Assembly: GCA_023229865.1 (NCBI GenBank)
Contig: JALNYL010000001.1
Location: 87,008 to 151,007 of the forward strand
Reading direction: 5' to 3'
Length of the DNA: 64,000 nt
From: Minisyncoccota bacterium
GTDB taxonomy: Bacteria; Patescibacteriota; Minisyncoccia; Phycocordibacterales; UBA1550
In this document: positions 35,180 through 44,999 of the stretch, in pieces
How positions within the stretch are numbered: position 1 is the stretch's first letter
How the letters are laid out: each line of letters starts with the position of its first letter
Translations under genes and position numbers: made by a program
The notes under the pieces: generated by a model
The model's database searches: none
What the model saw: only the letters and a program-made list of their open reading frames with translations
What the model was told of the DNA's origin: nothing

Positions 35180-36403
35180 CTACGTGAAATGTCCCACGAG
35201 CTGGTAGATAGGAAGAATGATAGAGAACGCGATAGAGCCAACAAGAAGACCCATGATGAGGAGGAGTACTGGCTCAAGGATTGCCGTCAGATCCTTGAGT
35301 TTATTATCCACATCTTCTTCGTAAAAGTCCGCAAAAGTAATAAGAATTTGAGAGAGGGTCCCTGTGCGCTCTCCCACCACCACAAGACTAAGCAACAAGC
35401 GCGGGAAGAGGTCGGGGAATTTACCCAGCGATTCAGAAATCGAAGTACCATTTTTCACATCCTCAACCACACCAACAATAGCCGTCTCATATTTCTGATT
35501 ACCGATAGAATTTGCTGCGGACTCGAGCGCTCCCACCGCCGTCAAACCACTCGCCATAAGGTTGCCAAGAGTGCGCGCGAAACGTACGAGCGCAACTTTC
35601 TTCACGAGCTCACTTGCGACAGGGATATTTGAAATAACCCAGAAAAAGAATTTCTTGCCTGTCCTCGTCGTACGGAAAAAGAGGAAGAACCAGATTGCAA
35701 AAGCGAGCACCGCAAAATCAAGCAAGAAACTATACGTGAGCATCTCTGAGAGCCCTAGGAAAAACTTGGTTATCCAAGGGAGCTTCACACCACTCGAAGC
35801 AAAGGCCTTGGTGAGGCGTGGAAGCACAAAGATGAGAAGGAGTGTAACCACACCAACCGAAGCGACGAGAAGAATGATGGGGTACGTGAGCGCAGACTTC
35901 ACTTTGGCACGAAGCGCAAACTCTTTTGAAAGATACTGGCCGAGCTCAGCGAGCGTGCGGTCGAGCTGTCCCGACACTTCCCCTGCGCGGAGCATTCCGA
36001 GGAATACCGGAGGAAACGAATTTGAATAGTTTGCAAACCCCATCGAAAGTGACTGGCCGTTTTTTACGAGCGCCTGCACTTCGCGGAGCATGTTCTTCAA
36101 TATTTTTTTCTCCGTGTCGGCAATCAAAATATCGAGTGCTTCTACAACAGAGAGCCCTGCCTTGATTGTCGCAGAGAGATTTCTTGTGAGGAAGAGGATG
36201 TCGACGGGAGTAATCTTTTCAAAAAATGTTAACTCAAGACTGAGGCCCGCCCCCTTGCCACTTCCCTCAAGTGTTTGTACTGAGATAGGATTGATGTCGC
36301 GACGGAGAAGATACGCCACTGCTTCATCGCGTGAACCAGCTTCGTACTCCCCACGCACGAGCGCGCCATCTTTGCTGTACCCTTCGTAAATAAAAATTGC
36401 CAT
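35180..36403 (-). CDS. pilC: Type IV pilus assembly platform protein PilC (GspF family)
   Basis: Two GspF-type repeats with three TM helices (..SALTYPIILLVASVGVVTLLLIFVLP.., ..LEPVLLLIMGLLVGSIAFSIILPIYQL). The product is 407 aa. Confidence 0.9.
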   Translation of the reverse strand: MAIFIYEGYSKDGALVRGEYEAGSRDEAVAYLLRRDINPISVQTLEGSGKGAGLSLELTFFEKITPVDILFLTRNLSATIKAGLSVVEALDILIADTEKKILKNMLREVQALVKNGQSLSMGFANYSNSFPPVFLGMLRAGEVSGQLDRTLAELGQYLSKEFALRAKVKSALTYPIILLVASVGVVTLLLIFVLPRLTKAFASSGVKLPWITKFFLGLSEMLTYSFLLDFAVLAFAIWFFLFFRTTRTGKKFFFWVISNIPVASELVKKVALVRFARTLGNLMASGLTAVGALESAANSIGNQKYETAIVGVVEDVKNGTSISESLGKFPDLFPRLLLSLVVVGERTGTLSQILITFADFYEEDVDNKLKDLTAILEPVLLLIMGLLVGSIAFSIILPIYQLVGHFT

Positions 36404-36411
36404 AAATAATA

Positions 36412-38127
36412 TTATTCCTTTACTACGCGGAGAATTTCCTCAATCGTCGTAACACCGCGTTCTACTTTATTCAAACCATCTTCAAACATCGTCGTCATAC
36501 CATCTTCGATAGCCTTTTTGCGTACTTCGGCTACGGTCGCTTCGCGCAAGATGAGCTCGCGGATAGCATCGGTCACGCGGAAGAGTTCAAAGATACCGAT
36601 CTGCCCCTGGAAGCCAGAGTTGCCGCAGACCTTACAGCCACGACCACGATAGAGCGTGTCCGGCACAGTACTTACCGTATTTCCCGAAAGCTCGATCTGC
36701 GCCTTGATGAGGCGGGTAATCTCTGGGCTCGCAGGATACGACTCAGTACATGAAGCACAGATGCGACGCACGAGACGTTGTGCAATAACGAGGTTGACCG
36801 TCGATGAAAGGAGGAACGCCGGGGCACCCATATCGAGGAGGCGTGGGAGCGCTGAGGTGGCGTCGTTGGTGTGAAGAGAAGAAACCACAAGGTGACCCGT
36901 GAGTGCGGCGTGGATAGCGATTTCTACCGTTTCATTATCACGGATTTCTCCGATCATAATGATGTCAGGATTTTGACGAAGAAGCGCGCGGAGTCCGTTT
37001 GCAAACGTGATGCCCGCCTTAGTGTTTACTTGTGTTTGATTTACACGAGGGAACTCGTACTCAACAGGGTCTTCAATCGTAGTAATGTTGACCGAAGGTG
37101 TGTTGAGGATTTGGAGAATCGCGTAGAGCGTCGTGGTCTTACCGTGACCCGTAGGTCCTGTGACGAGGATCATGCCGTGTGGCTTTTTGATTTCATCTTG
37201 GAGCACCGCTGTCGCCTCTTCAGAGAAGCCGAGGTCCTTGAGTGTGAGGGGACGTGCTGCCCCTTTCAAAATACGCATTTCAACTTTCTCTCCATGGAAA
37301 ACGGGCATGATGTTTACACGCACGTCGATAGCGCCACCGTCTTCCATGTCGAAGTGGAAACGACCGTCTTGTGGCGTGCGGTGTTCGTCGATTTGCATAC
37401 TTGCGAGAATCTTCACACGAGCGACGAGCACAGGGGCAATCGCCTTAGGGAGACTCACGATCTCCTGCATAATACCATCAACACGGAAACGCACGAGGAG
37501 CTCTCGCTCGAGTGGCTCAAAGTGAATGTCTGATGCATTTAAGCTCGCCGCATGATCGATAACGTTGTCGAGAATACTAATAATAGGTACCGCAGCTGCG
37601 CCCTTTGCGATATCGGCATCCCCTGCCACTTCAAGTGACTGCTCGACGTTTTCAGAAATGATTTGATCGAAGTTGATACCAACTTTTTTCTTGTACTGCT
37701 TGAGGCCATAACGAAGGCTGGGGACCGTACTCAGATACACTTCGACCCATACACCAAGCTTGGCACGCACGTACTCGATAGTATCGTAGTCAAAAGGATC
37801 GAGCATCGCGAGCTTTGCAACTCCCTTTTCTTTATCAAAAGCAAAGAGAACGACATTTTTTGATTTCGCATACACCTCAGGGATAAGCTCGAGGACTTCG
37901 TGGCTAATCGTCTCCCCTTCCTTTCTGAGATTTACAATAGGGGCGCCATAGTAAGGGCTGACAAGCTCGGTAAAATAGTCCTCGGGGATTTTCCCTCTAC
38001 CAATGAGAATGTTTGGAATAGACTGCCCCGAGCGACGCGCTTCCTCAGTGGCGGTCACAAAATCCTCCTCGGTCACAAGTCCCGACTCGAGAACAATTTC
38101 TTTTAATTTCTCTTTGGTGATGTGCAT
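36412..38127 (-). CDS. pilB: Type IV pilus assembly ATPase PilB (GspE family)
   Basis: N-terminal GSPII_E_N-like domain, Walker A VTGPTGHGKTTTLYAIL, Asp box, His box, and the tetra-Cys motif CASC..CKVC. Confidence 0.9.
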   Translation of the reverse strand: MHITKEKLKEIVLESGLVTEEDFVTATEEARRSGQSIPNILIGRGKIPEDYFTELVSPYYGAPIVNLRKEGETISHEVLELIPEVYAKSKNVVLFAFDKEKGVAKLAMLDPFDYDTIEYVRAKLGVWVEVYLSTVPSLRYGLKQYKKKVGINFDQIISENVEQSLEVAGDADIAKGAAAVPIISILDNVIDHAASLNASDIHFEPLERELLVRFRVDGIMQEIVSLPKAIAPVLVARVKILASMQIDEHRTPQDGRFHFDMEDGGAIDVRVNIMPVFHGEKVEMRILKGAARPLTLKDLGFSEEATAVLQDEIKKPHGMILVTGPTGHGKTTTLYAILQILNTPSVNITTIEDPVEYEFPRVNQTQVNTKAGITFANGLRALLRQNPDIIMIGEIRDNETVEIAIHAALTGHLVVSSLHTNDATSALPRLLDMGAPAFLLSSTVNLVIAQRLVRRICASCTESYPASPEITRLIKAQIELSGNTVSTVPDTLYRGRGCKVCGNSGFQGQIGIFELFRVTDAIRELILREATVAEVRKKAIEDGMTTMFEDGLNKVERGVTTIEEILRVVKE

Positions 38128-38250
38128 GAGGGGTAGAATTTTGAATATGGAATATGGAATTTAGAAAAAATACCCACAGAACATACCCATTGATATACTT
38201 ATTAGTATATCATATCTCATTTCATATGTGTCACTACACTGTGGATAAAG

Positions 38251-38910
38251 CTAGAGCTTGAGAAGCGGATAGAGTGAGAGGAGGCTGAGAATGGGGATTG
38301 CAAAGACAAAAGCAACAGGGACCGTAAGGAGAAGCGCTACGGGGAGATTTACTTTGTTTGATTTTTTGAGCACGATGCGAATAATGACATAGAGCGCCGC
38401 AAATACTCCTGCGAGCGGAATAAGCACGAGTGAACCATACCAACCTGAAATAAGAAACGCGAGAGCAATGATGGCGATATCCCCTTCTTCAAAAAGCGCA
38501 GGACGATACTTTGCATACACACTAAAGAAAAGCGTAACGAGGCCCACAAGAGCAAGGAGTGCGACTGTGATCAAAAAGAAATGCTGGAACGCATAAAATG
38601 CGAAGTATCCGTGGGCTCCCTCAAACATAGGGCGTGTCCATTCGACAAACCACGCAAAAGGAACTTCTTTAGGGAGCGCTATGTTGACGAGGACCTGCCC
38701 GACAGAGCTTCCACTAAACGCGATGTACTGAAGCCACGTTGCAAAGACTCCGTACAAAAGATGAATACTTATCGCGCTCGTGATGAGGCAACGATAGGAA
38801 ATCTTTTTCAAAAGCTCTGGACGCAAGACGCGCAATGCAACAACCGTGAAAAAGATAATCCACACCGCAAGCACAATTATATTAAAATACGAAAAGAAAA
38901 AATTGGTCAT
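38251..38910 (-). CDS. pilD: Prepilin peptidase (A24 family, peptidase domain only)
   Basis: Polytopic membrane protein with the conserved Asp motif ..FEEGDIAIIALAFLISGW.. (compare GGGDVKL). No N-terminal Zn/methyltransferase extension. Confidence 0.6.
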   Translation of the reverse strand: MTNFFFSYFNIIVLAVWIIFFTVVALRVLRPELLKKISYRCLITSAISIHLLYGVFATWLQYIAFSGSSVGQVLVNIALPKEVPFAWFVEWTRPMFEGAHGYFAFYAFQHFFLITVALLALVGLVTLFFSVYAKYRPALFEEGDIAIIALAFLISGWYGSLVLIPLAGVFAALYVIIRIVLKKSNKVNLPVALLLTVPVAFVFAIPILSLLSLYPLLKL

Positions 38911-38986
38911 AAGGGAAAAGAATGTCGAATAAAAAACTTTACTAGGTTCACAAACTTAAACGTAGGCAAATATTAACAAAAAAACA

Positions 38987-39030
38987 CCCAGCTTGTCCAC
39001 GGACAGGCTGGGTGTTTTTGAGAGAATTTA
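38987..39030. terminator. Hairpin terminator downstream of the first pilin gene (U-run on the minus strand; a plus-strand reading is also possible)
   Basis: caaaaaaACACCCAGCTTGTCCacgGGACAGGCTGGGTGTttttt: about a 15-bp stem with one mismatch, with A/T runs on both sides. Confidence 0.6.
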
Positions 39031-39035
39031 ATTAG

Positions 39036-39785
39036 TTAGAAGGCTCCTGTTGTAGGGAGAAGATTCAAGGTGTTACCTGTTTCGTAGTAACTATCATTGT
39101 CTCCACCGTCGCGAGTCATCTTAAGCTCATCAGTCTTGTATGCCTGGCTTTCAAGTACAGCGTCGATTTCAAATACATATGCTGGTTTCCCCGCTACGTT
39201 TGAACCGTTCTGACAAGCATAACGATATACAAGGTCTGTAGATGCAACCGTTGCACTTACTGTGTTGACAGGGTCAACAGGGAAAGCTGCAATCGGAGTA
39301 CCCCCCGTAAGAGCCTTGAGGTTTACCGGGATCCAACCGGTACCGTCAACCTTACCAGCTGTTGCTGAGTAATAGCCAGTAGTGCCAAATGTCTGAGCAC
39401 CAGCCGCAGTGTCAGCACCCGGAGTAAGAGCTACAGCGAGTGTAGGAACAGAAGGAATACTGTATGAAATTTTTGCTGCAGTGTTGTTAGAAGTTGAACC
39501 AGCCCATGTCGTAGAAGTAAGACAAGTTGAGCTTGCTGCTCCTGCTGCCGCAAAGTTATCGAGGCTTGGGGTTGAAGATGCGGTGAGCATAATGCCGAGC
39601 GCTGTCTTCACTGACTTCAAGTCAGAGATACGCTGTGCGTCACGCGCCTTCTTCAAGGTTTCCGCAGGGTTCAACATGAACACGAGCGCAATAGAGAGGA
39701 TCGCGATAATCGCAATCACGATGAGGAGCTCAAGGAGGGTGAAACCGCCCTCGCGCTTCTCTTTTAGATTAATGAATGAGTTCAT
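39036..39785 (-). CDS. Type IV pilin (candidate major pilin)
   Basis: MNSFINLKEKREGG|FTLLELLIVIAIIAILSIALV. A terminator follows immediately downstream, which is typical for a highly expressed major pilin gene. Confidence 0.8.
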   Translation of the reverse strand: MNSFINLKEKREGGFTLLELLIVIAIIAILSIALVFMLNPAETLKKARDAQRISDLKSVKTALGIMLTASSTPSLDNFAAAGAASSTCLTSTTWAGSTSNNTAAKISYSIPSVPTLAVALTPGADTAAGAQTFGTTGYYSATAGKVDGTGWIPVNLKALTGGTPIAAFPVDPVNTVSATVASTDLVYRYACQNGSNVAGKPAYVFEIDAVLESQAYKTDELKMTRDGGDNDSYYETGNTLNLLPTTGAF

Positions 39786-39810
39786 AATGATTAAGAAAGA
39801 TTAGAGATAA

Positions 39811-40533
39811 TTAGAAATCAAAACTCGTACCAAGAATTCTGAGGTTGGTTCCAACTTCGTAGAAGTTTGAGTTGTTTCCTCCATCGGTTGTACGCTTGTC
39901 GTCTGCACCTGTTGTGTATGCATCACTTTCAAGGATAGCATCGATTTCAAATGCAAGGGGTGACGCAGAACATGCGTAACGATAGAAGGCACTATCACTC
40001 GTAATATCCGAAACAGAGTCATCTCCACCCTGTGTCGTCTTTACATTGAATGTATTTGATGGGTCAACAGGAAGATTTGAGATAGGAGAACCACCTGTCA
40101 ATGTGTCAAAGTTTACAGGGATCCATCCATTGCCATCAGTGAGAGCAGGAACTGCTACGTTTATTGGATCAGGGATACTTGTATTTCCGCCATCAATAGT
40201 TGCATCTGTAATTGTCCCCGCACCAACAAGTGAGTAATAAACGATGTCCCCTGAAACATATGCGCCTGTTGGAGTTGCCTTGCAAGCAGCATTTGTCCCC
40301 CCATCCAAACGTGGTGATGATGTACTCGTCAAATAAAGTCCGAGCGCTGTCTTCATGGTACTCAAGTCAGAAATACGCTGTGCGTCGCGAGACTTCTTGA
40401 GCGCTTCTGCTGGGTTCAAAACGAGCACGAGTGCAACTGACAAAATTGCGATGATCGAGATAACGATCAAGAGCTCGAGGAGGGTGAAACCGCCCTCGCG
40501 CTTGTCTTTCATATTCATTGAAATCATATTCAT
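39811..40533 (-). CDS. Type IV pilin, tandem paralog of the 39036..39785 product
   Basis: ..MKDKREGG|FTLLELLIVISIIAILSVALVLVLNPAEALKKSRDAQRISDL: the first ~60 aa are near-identical to the downstream pilin, then the sequences diverge. Confidence 0.8.
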   Translation of the reverse strand: MNMISMNMKDKREGGFTLLELLIVISIIAILSVALVLVLNPAEALKKSRDAQRISDLSTMKTALGLYLTSTSSPRLDGGTNAACKATPTGAYVSGDIVYYSLVGAGTITDATIDGGNTSIPDPINVAVPALTDGNGWIPVNFDTLTGGSPISNLPVDPSNTFNVKTTQGGDDSVSDITSDSAFYRYACSASPLAFEIDAILESDAYTTGADDKRTTDGGNNSNFYEVGTNLRILGTSFDF

Positions 40534-40668
40534 TAAAAATTAACTAATTAATACGTTATTTATTATAACATTGTATCAACTTTTTTGCATAGTATCTAAA
40601 GAAGACTTATACACAGGGATGGGGGTTTTACAACATTTGACCATTGACCCCGCCTACGCGGACAGGTG

Positions 40669-40709
40669 ACAAGGAACGCCGTTTGCTTACAGCAAACGGC
40701 GTTCCTTGT
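40669..40709. promoter_or_regulatory. 19-bp perfect inverted repeat (3-nt spacer) between the receiver gene and the pilin genes
   Basis: ACAAGGAACGCCGTTTGCT tac AGCAAACGGCGTTCCTTGT. No U-run on either strand, so it is not a classic terminator. It lies upstream of the pilin promoter region. Confidence 0.4.
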
Positions 40710-40750
40710 GGTTAATTGTCAAAAGTCACACGTCAATTGTCCTCGCGTTA

Positions 40751-41128
40751 CTACGCGAGATACCCCTTCACCTTATCCACCACTTCTTGAATCGAGGTGT
40801 TTACCTTTACCAAATATTCCTTGGCACCCAGCGCGAGAGCGCGGTCTTGGTCGCTCTGTTGTCCGAGATTTGAAAGCACAACGACGGGAATCCCTGCTAC
40901 TTCAGGGTTTTTCTTGATTTCTTCGAGTACGACAAAGCCGTCTTTCTTGGGAATCATGAGGTCGAGGAGGATGAGGTTGGGCTTCTCGGCGATAATCTTT
41001 GTGACAGCCTCTTCCCCATCGCGCGCGAGCGATGAGACAATCCCTTCTTTGGCAAGCTTAATCTCGTACACACGAGAAATGTGCTCATCGTCCTCAACAA
41101 TCATTACTTTTTTCTTGTTTTCGTCCAT
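40751..41128 (-). CDS. Stand-alone response-regulator receiver (CheY-like), paralog of the 11373..11765 product
   Basis: VMIVEDDEH..LILLDLMIPKKDGFVVL..EYLVK, about 60% identical to the other orphan receiver. Confidence 0.85.
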   Translation of the reverse strand: MDENKKKVMIVEDDEHISRVYEIKLAKEGIVSSLARDGEEAVTKIIAEKPNLILLDLMIPKKDGFVVLEEIKKNPEVAGIPVVVLSNLGQQSDQDRALALGAKEYLVKVNTSIQEVVDKVKGYLA

Positions 41129-41156
41129 GGTATGCCTTGATTACTATCTTATCACA

Positions 41157-41713
41157 CTATCCCAAGTGCTCACTATTTTTATACTTTGCGAGTTCTTCTT
41201 CGAGTCTCTTGATCTCCGCCTTGAGCTCAATCATTTTCAACTCGCGATCAACGACAAACTTATTCATCTTCTCAAGCTCTGCGAGGTGCTGCCTGTCCTT
41301 CTCTTCAATCTGCTTCTTGCTGTCAATCACCGTGCGGAGTGCTGCATAATTTTTTATCGTACCATCGGCCCCAAAAATAGGGACAATGGTTGCCTCCACC
41401 CAGTAGTAGCTTCCGTCCTTGGCGCGATTCTTTACTTCCCCACGCCAAATCTTGCCGCTCGAAATCGTCTTCCAAAGCTCTACGAAAATCTCTTGCGGTT
41501 GATGTCCTGATTTCAAAATGCGGTGGTTCTGCCCAAGGAGTTCCTCGAGTGAATACTTGAAATCTCGACGAATTTTTCGTTTGCATACACAATATCTCCT
41601 TTTGCGTCTGTCACTGAAAAAATAGCGTTTGCGGAAAGTGCATCAATGATAGCGCGATACACATCAGAGGTTAACTCTAGTTGTTTAAGATTATCGTTGT
41701 TTATTTCTTCCAT
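41157..41713 (-). pseudogene. PAS-domain protein with C-terminal coiled coil, interrupted by a single-base frameshift
   Basis: ORF 41513..41713 encodes the PAS N-half (..IFSVTDAKGDIVYANEKFVEIS) and ORF 41157..41516 encodes the PAC half plus coiled coil. In the other frame the junction reads ..YSLEELLGQNHRILKSGHQP, so one PAS fold is split across a +1/-1 shift near 41520..41535. Confidence 0.5.
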
Positions 41714-41724
41714 AATATTTTAAA

Positions 41725-42423
41725 TTACTTAGACATATACCCAGAGAATTCCTCCGTCCTTACTTGTGTGTCCATTATACCAGAATCAAAAAGAAACTGC
41801 TCTACCTTCTCCACCATGAGCGGTGCGCCGACGATGTACCACATCGCGTTTGGCTGTCTTTCCATCGTAGGAATAAAAATCTCTTTTGTAGGGATGCCGA
41901 GAAATTCTTCAAACGTGAAGTGTGGATTTTGAGAAGCGAGCGCGCGGAGCTCTTGGCGGTAGGCGGTGGTTTCAGCTTTTGCGTTGCAATAAAGGAGTGT
42001 GATTTTTTGTGGAGATCCTGCCTCTGTCGCAAAACGTACCATACTCAAGAGCGGCGTAATACCGATACCCCCCGCTACAAAAATGAGTGGGGTATGAGGG
42101 CTCTCAGGAAGCGTAAGGACTCCTTTGGGTCCGTCGATATTTACCACGCCACCGACGGGGAGCGCAAGGATCGCAGTCTTGAAGATACTCTGCGAAGAGC
42201 GAAAAGATATCGAGATTTCGTTTGGGTTGCTCGGCGACGATGCAATAGAAAAATCATGATATCTATCAGTAACAGAAGCGCCCTCGAGCGACGGCCCTTC
42301 TACTGATACATACTGTCCTGCTTTGAACGCAAAACCAGGGTCATCCACACGAAAGGTCATCTCAGTCGTGTTCTCTGCGATTTCTTTTTTTTGTATAAGG
42401 GTCCCCGTGAAATGACGAATCAT
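41725..42423 (-). CDS. Ferredoxin-NADP reductase-type FAD/NAD(P)-binding oxidoreductase
   Basis: FAD-binding RxYS motif (DRYHDFSIAS) and NAD-binding GGIGITP, with a beta-barrel plus Rossmann layout. The product is 232 aa. Confidence 0.7.
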   Translation of the reverse strand: MIRHFTGTLIQKKEIAENTTEMTFRVDDPGFAFKAGQYVSVEGPSLEGASVTDRYHDFSIASSPSNPNEISISFRSSQSIFKTAILALPVGGVVNIDGPKGVLTLPESPHTPLIFVAGGIGITPLLSMVRFATEAGSPQKITLLYCNAKAETTAYRQELRALASQNPHFTFEEFLGIPTKEIFIPTMERQPNAMWYIVGAPLMVEKVEQFLFDSGIMDTQVRTEEFSGYMSK

Positions 42424-42438
42424 ATGTTAAATAAATAA

Positions 42439-44910
42439 TTAAACTGTTGTAGTAACAGTAACAGGAACCGTAAAGAAGAACGTAGACCCCTTACCCTCTT
42501 CACTTTCAAACCAAACTCTTCCACCCCAAGCCTCTACCAAATCTTTCACAAGAGCCAAACCGAGGCCCGAACCATCAGGCACCTGCATGCGGGCGTTTTC
42601 TGCGCGGAAGAACTTTGAGAAAATACGATTCTTCTGGTGCGCAGGGATGCCGATACCACTGTCGCTGACAGAGTATATAACCTCTTTCCCACCATCACCA
42701 ATTCTCCAAGTGATTTTAATGGTGCCATTTTCGGGAGTATAACGAATCGCATTTGAAACGAGGTTGAGAATCACTTGGCGCAAGATAAGTGGGTCGAGCC
42801 AGACCGCCACAGGCACCGCCTCTGAAGGGTCGACGGCGAGCGTAAGCTTCTTATCATTGATCTGAGAGTTGAGCTCTTTTGTAATATCGCCCGTAAACGA
42901 ACTGAGGTCAATCAAACTTCTGTTCATCTTTACCTTGCCGTTTTCTACACGAGAAATACCAAGAAGGAGGTCAACCGTCTGATAGAGACGTTCTGCTCCG
43001 CCGTGAATCTCTTTCATAAAATCTTTTTGCGAATCATTGAGCGTGCCTGCATCTTCGGACAAAAGCATTTCTGAATACCAACGAATCGAGGTAAGTGGCG
43101 TGCGAAGCTGATGCGAAGCCACTGAGATAAAGCTCGACTTTGCCTCATCAAGCACACGGTCCGAAGTCACATCACGGATAACGATCACCGCCCCCGCAAA
43201 GCGACCATTGATAGGCGCGATCGAGACGGTCACGGGAAGTTGTGTAGAACGACCCTTGGTAAGGATGTAAAGATTATCTTCGAGTGTCGAAGTGATCGCT
43301 TCTTTGGTGCGGAACATTTCTTCTGTTGGCCAATCTTTTGGCTCTACGTATTGCTTCTTTTTGTAGAGCTTCATAATATCGCGCAAATCTTTACTGAGAA
43401 GTTCTTCGCGCGCCATCCCGAGCACTTCAAGTGCCTTGGTGTTTACGAGAATAATTTTATAGTCGAGATCAATAAGGACGAGTGCGTCTCCAATCGACGT
43501 AATAATAGTCTGAAGCTTGTTCCCCTCTTCTTCGAGCTTCTCTTTTGCCTTCCATGAATCCTCGAGGAGGTTCAACGTCGCACGTTTGGATTCCTCAAGA
43601 AATTTTTCTTGTTTTTCGTGTTCACCCAAGTCTCTTTCCAAAAGTGTTGCTTTTTCTTCTACAAGACGGCGTGACTCCTCGAGGTCTTTTTGGTTATTAC
43701 GAATTGCGTCCACCATGGTGTTGAACATAGTAGCGAGACGTCCTGTTTCGTCATTAGTAGAAACTTTAACCTTTACATCAAAGTTGCCGTTCATCACACG
43801 CTCAAGTGCCGCGATAATCTCATTCACGCGACGTAGGGGGGGTCTCACAAAGAATACAATAACCAGCATTCCCCCAAGGAGGAGAAGGGTGCCGGCAACC
43901 GTCGACTCGTACATAAGCGCGGTAAATGGCGCAAAAATCTCATCTTTGTTTACTTCTACAAGGAGCACGAGGCCTTCATCAGGGAGACACATAGAAGCAC
44001 CAAGGACTTGCTCCCCGCGATAATCTTCATATTCGGTAGTTACCTCTTCTATGTCTTCGAAACATTTGCGTACAGGGAATGTGTCTACCTTTTGACGCGT
44101 CTTCACATCCTTCACATAGCGAGTTGGTGTGACCATCAGGTGATCACTGTTTACCAAATATATTTCTGAAGTATCATAACTCGACAAAAGTGCGCGACCA
44201 GTACGCGCCCCGGCCTTGAGTTGAGCTTCTCCACTCAACACATCCGCGATCTCGTCGATACTCAAAAAGTGAATCATGAGCACCGCATCAAGAGGGGCAA
44301 ACTCCCCCGAGCTACTCTGTGTAAAAATTCGTGTCGTGGCGTGCGCCATTGGTTCGGAAGATTCATCTTCTTCAAAAACCACACTTTTCACAAACGCTTC
44401 ACCAAAGGAAGAATTGATGGTTTGAGAAAAGTAAGAAATCTTGTGCTGTCGCTCTTCTTCAGCCTCATCTCTCCCAATGCGCGTAGGGTCTGTCGAAGCA
44501 ACAACTAAACCATTTTTATCGAGGATATCAGCAAAAAGCACCGTCTTGTCATACGGCATCTTTTTCTCTGTCACATAGTCCGCAAATGCTTTTGTCGCGC
44601 GGGTGCGATCAGAAGTCCCCTCTTTTGTGTTTAAAATATTTTCTGCAATGTCTTGAAGAAGTGGATCCGCTGACCAATCCAAGACTCTTCCCTTCATCTT
44701 TCCTAAAAATGTGTAGTACGCTCCTTCGCTCTGCTCCGCAAAAATGCGCACATCGTTGGTCGTCTGCTTTTTGAACGTATCGCCGATCACATACTGACCA
44801 TACGAAGCAACTATCACTGCTGTGACAAAAAATGAGATTCCAAAAAATAAAATTGTTTTTGTGCGGAGCTTCATATAATGAACGCTGTTAGCAATTATTG
44901 TAGCACGCAA
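42439..44910 (-). CDS. Sensor histidine kinase: TM, ~300-aa periplasmic (Cache-like) domain, TM, HAMP, PAS, HisKA, HATPase_c
   Basis: H-box VASHQLRTPLTSIRWYSEMLL; G-boxes DSGIGIP and GSGLGLALVKDLVEAWGG. Two TM helices flank a large extracytoplasmic region, and a HAMP-like segment follows TM2. Confidence 0.85.
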   Translation of the reverse strand: MRATIIANSVHYMKLRTKTILFFGISFFVTAVIVASYGQYVIGDTFKKQTTNDVRIFAEQSEGAYYTFLGKMKGRVLDWSADPLLQDIAENILNTKEGTSDRTRATKAFADYVTEKKMPYDKTVLFADILDKNGLVVASTDPTRIGRDEAEEERQHKISYFSQTINSSFGEAFVKSVVFEEDESSEPMAHATTRIFTQSSSGEFAPLDAVLMIHFLSIDEIADVLSGEAQLKAGARTGRALLSSYDTSEIYLVNSDHLMVTPTRYVKDVKTRQKVDTFPVRKCFEDIEEVTTEYEDYRGEQVLGASMCLPDEGLVLLVEVNKDEIFAPFTALMYESTVAGTLLLLGGMLVIVFFVRPPLRRVNEIIAALERVMNGNFDVKVKVSTNDETGRLATMFNTMVDAIRNNQKDLEESRRLVEEKATLLERDLGEHEKQEKFLEESKRATLNLLEDSWKAKEKLEEEGNKLQTIITSIGDALVLIDLDYKIILVNTKALEVLGMAREELLSKDLRDIMKLYKKKQYVEPKDWPTEEMFRTKEAITSTLEDNLYILTKGRSTQLPVTVSIAPINGRFAGAVIVIRDVTSDRVLDEAKSSFISVASHQLRTPLTSIRWYSEMLLSEDAGTLNDSQKDFMKEIHGGAERLYQTVDLLLGISRVENGKVKMNRSLIDLSSFTGDITKELNSQINDKKLTLAVDPSEAVPVAVWLDPLILRQVILNLVSNAIRYTPENGTIKITWRIGDGGKEVIYSVSDSGIGIPAHQKNRIFSKFFRAENARMQVPDGSGLGLALVKDLVEAWGGRVWFESEEGKGSTFFFTVPVTVTTTV

Positions 44911-44999
44911 ATATTTAAGTTGATATACCCCTGTGTAAAAAGAGGGTGGAAACCCTATGCAAAAAGTAGGTGTGGGGGTATACTATAGAAGACATTATT

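Noticed and set aside
40669-40709. Intrinsic terminator for the receiver gene 40751..41128
   Set aside because: There is a perfect 19-bp stem but no U-run downstream on either strand. It is listed instead as a candidate regulatory inverted repeat.
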